A stretch of 54,837 nt of DNA, the filler included, from Jimgerdemannia flammicorona (taxonomy: Eukaryota): assembly GCA_003990765.1 (NCBI GenBank). It is 2 parts of 2 records of this genome, joined end to end, with 100 filler letters (N's around TTAATTAATTAA, not from the genome) between each part and the next. Parts side by side here need not be neighbours in the genome. Positions count along the whole stretch, not along the records: positions 27,479 to 54,837 come from RBNJ01000635.1; 1 more part is not named here. The stretch is one strand, 5' to 3'. A program made the position numbers and the translations under genes. The notes under the pieces are model-generated. The model was not told the DNA's origin, did no database searches, and worked only from the letters and a program-made list of their open reading frames with translations. This document shows, in pieces, positions 51,301-54,837 of the stretch (its first letter is position 1; every line of letters starts with the position of its first letter).

Positions 51301-53934
51301 AGCATTATTAGTATAATAGATACTAACTCTGAAGCTAATCAATAGACTAATGAGTGAGTTGCTGACCATCTCCTGATAAACAACTAAGACTACACTATCA
51401 AACAACTCTTTGTTACTACCATGGCTTATGTCAATCAAGTTGTTATATTCTTTCAAGGACCTGCTGAAGAATGGTAACAAACTCTTCCTGAAAAACCTCT
51501 CACATGAGATATCCAATCTGCAGTTGTTACCCAAAATATAGCAAATAATACCCCTGGGTATAGAGACTACTCTATAGCCCCTGGGCTCAAACAACTCATA
51601 ATTGCTCAATATCATAGTAAAACTCTGATTGCTAAATTCTAAGTAAAAGTGTACAATCTCAAATTTAATATATATAGCAAGAAAGAGTTTGAAACCTTCT
51701 ATACAAAACTTGAGTCACTTCTGAACACTATTGGTCTAGGATATATTACCAATAATAAAGTACAAAATAGTACAAAAGCAGACTATTTATTTGATGTACT
51801 ACCAGAATGTCTCATAAGAAAGATCTGAGAATAAGAATGCCTAGTTGATTGTGATCACCAATAATGATGTCTGGCTAGAATCAAGACCATGGTTAAGCAA
51901 ATCCTAACAGTTAGACCAATTCTACCTTGAAAAAAATTCAATAATAAGGACTAAGAAAGAAGAACTCTAGTATGAAGCAGCCTGAGCTCCCTCTATATCT
52001 TTCTCTTAGACACTCTGAAATTCTAAACCAACCCAGCTGAGAATCTTCAAGAACTCACTGAAGGAGAAATAAATAAACTTCAAAGAAGTAGAGAATACTT
52101 CTATTGCCAAAAGACATAATATATGACCAGTACCTGTCTCAACTAAAAACTCTAAATAACAATATGAGCAACTATCACCACTTTGTACTATCTCAACAAT
52201 CTGACTACTAAGATACTAGACTTTGTTAAGTTAAGAACAACAGCTATGGCCCTAACCAAAGAAAGCCAAAAAGTAGCTAGATATGACCTATATATAGCTA
52301 AAGAAGCTATAGTTTCCAATCAAGAAGTCAAGTAAGTCTATATAGAAATCATCATTCAAATTCCTAAAGAATATGTTAGAAGGATATACTGTTACAGTAG
52401 CCTAGCATTAAAAGAACTCTCAGTAGAAGGAGGAGTCATTGATGTAGATTATACAGGTAAAATCATTGTCCTCATCTGAAACCATAGTTGGACACTATTC
52501 AAGATCTCTATTGAGTACTGTATTGCCCAGATCCTATTCCAGAAAATTAAATCAATCTTGACAGTCAAGGAAGTTCCCAAACTACTACCTACTATCTGAA
52601 GATCTAAAGGATTTGACTTATCAAACAAAGTTCTAGCTCAATCTACTATGAATAAAGAAGAATAGTTCTACAGAAAAATTAAAAATAGATTTGTACCAAG
52701 TGACTGATGCCCCCATAGCATTAAAATGTACTATTTCTGAATGATCAATAATTACCTCTCTTGTATCAATGAGTTAGCCCAACAGAGAGCCAACCTTATA
52801 ACTAAAATTATCACCATTGAATCAGACAAACTAGTTACTCTCTAAGTATTTATTAATCAGACTCCTGTTAAGATTATGATTGATAGTAGTATCTCAGACA
52901 ATTTCATCAACAAGGAAACAGTCAATAGACTTAAGGTTCTGATCTCTTTAGTTCAATAAACTCAAGCAATTGCTATAGCTGATGAAATCTCATATATTAT
53001 TAGTAAGAAAGTCCACAATCTACCCTTCAGAATTAGTGACTACTGAGTATATATTATTCTCCAGATTGTACCACTTCCTGACAATGAGATCATCCTTGAG
53101 ACCTCATGGTTAAAATAAGAGAACCCTATAATTGGTTAGATAAATCATTCTTTAACTATCAGAAAGAATACCACAATTTCAAACTATAAGGTGAAAGAGA
53201 CCAACTCAGTTCTAGTGACCCAGGCCTGAAGATCACTTATATCAATAAACTACAACTTAAGAAATTAGTAAAGAAATGCCCTCTCTTTGCTATCTCCATA
53301 TATCTTTTAAAGGAGAATCTGAGAACCTTAAAGAAGACTTTTCCAAAGTCAATAGTTGTGTCAGACTCTTACTTCAGAAATTTTGAGATATATTTCTGAG
53401 GAAACTACTAAAAGATCTATACCTAAATGAGTAGTTGACCATGGAATCAAAACCATACTAGATGTCAAGCCAGCCTTTAAGTCAATCTACTACATATCTC
53501 CTAGAGAAATCAATATACTCAAGAAAGAGATTGATGAACTCCTAGAACAAGGATTCATTAGATCTAGTATATTACTATATAGTATGTATACTGGTTCTCT
53601 TTGTAGTTAAGAAAGGAGGAGATCTATAAATATATATTGATTACTGAGATCTCACTGAGCAGATTATCAAGAACTATTACTCACTATCTTAAATTAATGA
53701 AATATTTGATAGTTTACCAACCTACAATTTATGGGCTCTTTTGATCTATAAAATAGTTACTGGTAAATTACTATAAAAGAAGAAGATACATATCTACAAA
53801 ACTGCCTTCTAAACTTACTATGGATATTTGAGTTCTTGGTTATACCCTTTGACTTAACCAATACTCTTACAACCTTCCAGACTCTGATGAATACAATCCT
53901 ATACTCATACCTAGACAAATTTATTATTATCTAT
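48344..53934 (+). mobile_element. Element C: paralogue of element A (5' LTR ~48344-50217, gag, dUTPase ~52225-52620, protease, partial RT)
   Basis: Colinear with the reverse complement of ~17040-22671; PBS TAGTAGCAG at 50221; LTR ORF relic at ~48618-49710. Confidence 0.88.
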
Positions 53935-54656
53935 TGTGACGGCTGATCCAAATTAGTAATATGAAACAGAGGAATTAGACATTTGATCATGATACTGAAT
54001 CCGATTCCCAATATAGTTTAGCTTTATAAATAGCAGTCATATTCTGCGAAGTACAGAAACTTTAATATTCACAAAGATTTAGGAGATGTTAGAATGTTGG
54101 CAATCAGCAAAATCCTAGCAGATATTAAAAGATTCGATACTTATAGAAAATGACTCACTACTTAGCCACCCTATAGCTAGCAAACTTGTATAAATAACCC
54201 AGTATCTTTGAGTGAATAAACCTCAGATTGAAATAGTTTAAAAGCAAAGAGATAGCAAAGGAACTAGTAAGCCTGTGGGCAGATACACTTCAAACTCACC
54301 CACCCCTGCATCCCAAGGACTCTGAGGAGTCAGAGAAGATCAAGTATTCAAGATACAGAAATCCGACATACTTTCAAGAGTAAGCATCTGCTACATTGTA
54401 ACTTGGTGCCCATTGGCTGGTGATTCAAGACAAATTCCTCACTTTTAAGCTGAACAACAAACAACCGCCACCACCGGAACAACCATACATACCGAGGCAA
54501 GATACCAAGACAAGATGGATATGAGACCACCAGTATTCCATAAATATACCTCAGATGAATCAATCATCACCTTCATTGATGATTTCGAGCAGTATGCTGC
54601 TGTAAGAACCCTAACAGCAGCACAGCAAGTAGCCCTCATGCCCTTCAGCCTATGAG
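53935..54656 (+). mobile_element. 5' end of another LTR retrotransposon (element F) inserted in the RT of element C
   Basis: TGTGAC start interrupts RT just before the YxDD aspartates; GAGTGAATAAACCTCAG shared with element E; gag-like MRPPVFH...FIDDFEQYA from 54521. Confidence 0.65.
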
Positions 54657-54837
54657 TAGTGCTCCTAACGAGTCAATTTAATCCGGATTGGATTCGGATT
54701 GATTCGGATTGAATCCCATCCGGATGGATTCGAATCGGATTCGAATCGGATTCGAATCGGATTCGAATCAACCATTGTTTTGATTTCCAAATTAGACAAT
54801 TAAATGCTTACATCAATAACTTGATGAATAATCATCC
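54657..54837. mobile_element. hAT-type MITE, copy 3 (young, runs off the window)
   Basis: TAGTGCTCCTAACGAGTC terminus, homologous to 5249 onwards, CpGs intact, (GGATTCGAATC)n array. Confidence 0.88.

Overview
Eukaryotic, probably fungal, transposon graveyard with no recognisable host gene and one 100-bp scaffold gap (27379-27478). The youngest, CpG-rich element (1-5220) is an endonuclease-less Penelope-like retroelement (PLE). It has an ORF1 with two Cys/His motifs, an A_AAA_AAC -1 frameshift into a PLE reverse transcriptase, a 3' pseudo-LTR ending in poly(A), and a 1.3-kb palindromic left end built from an inverted plus a direct pseudo-LTR copy. The rest is nested, heavily C>T/G>A-mutated elements: at least six Ty3/Gypsy copies (four carry dUTPase; two families have 1.5-2 kb LTRs that each contain a 270-360-codon ORF), an intron-containing hAT transposon with a divergent second ORF, three copies of a palindromic hAT MITE, 5'-truncated L1-like LINE ends, a Copia relic and a mutated U6 snRNA copy. 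All coordinates and alignments were read by eye; no database searches were run.
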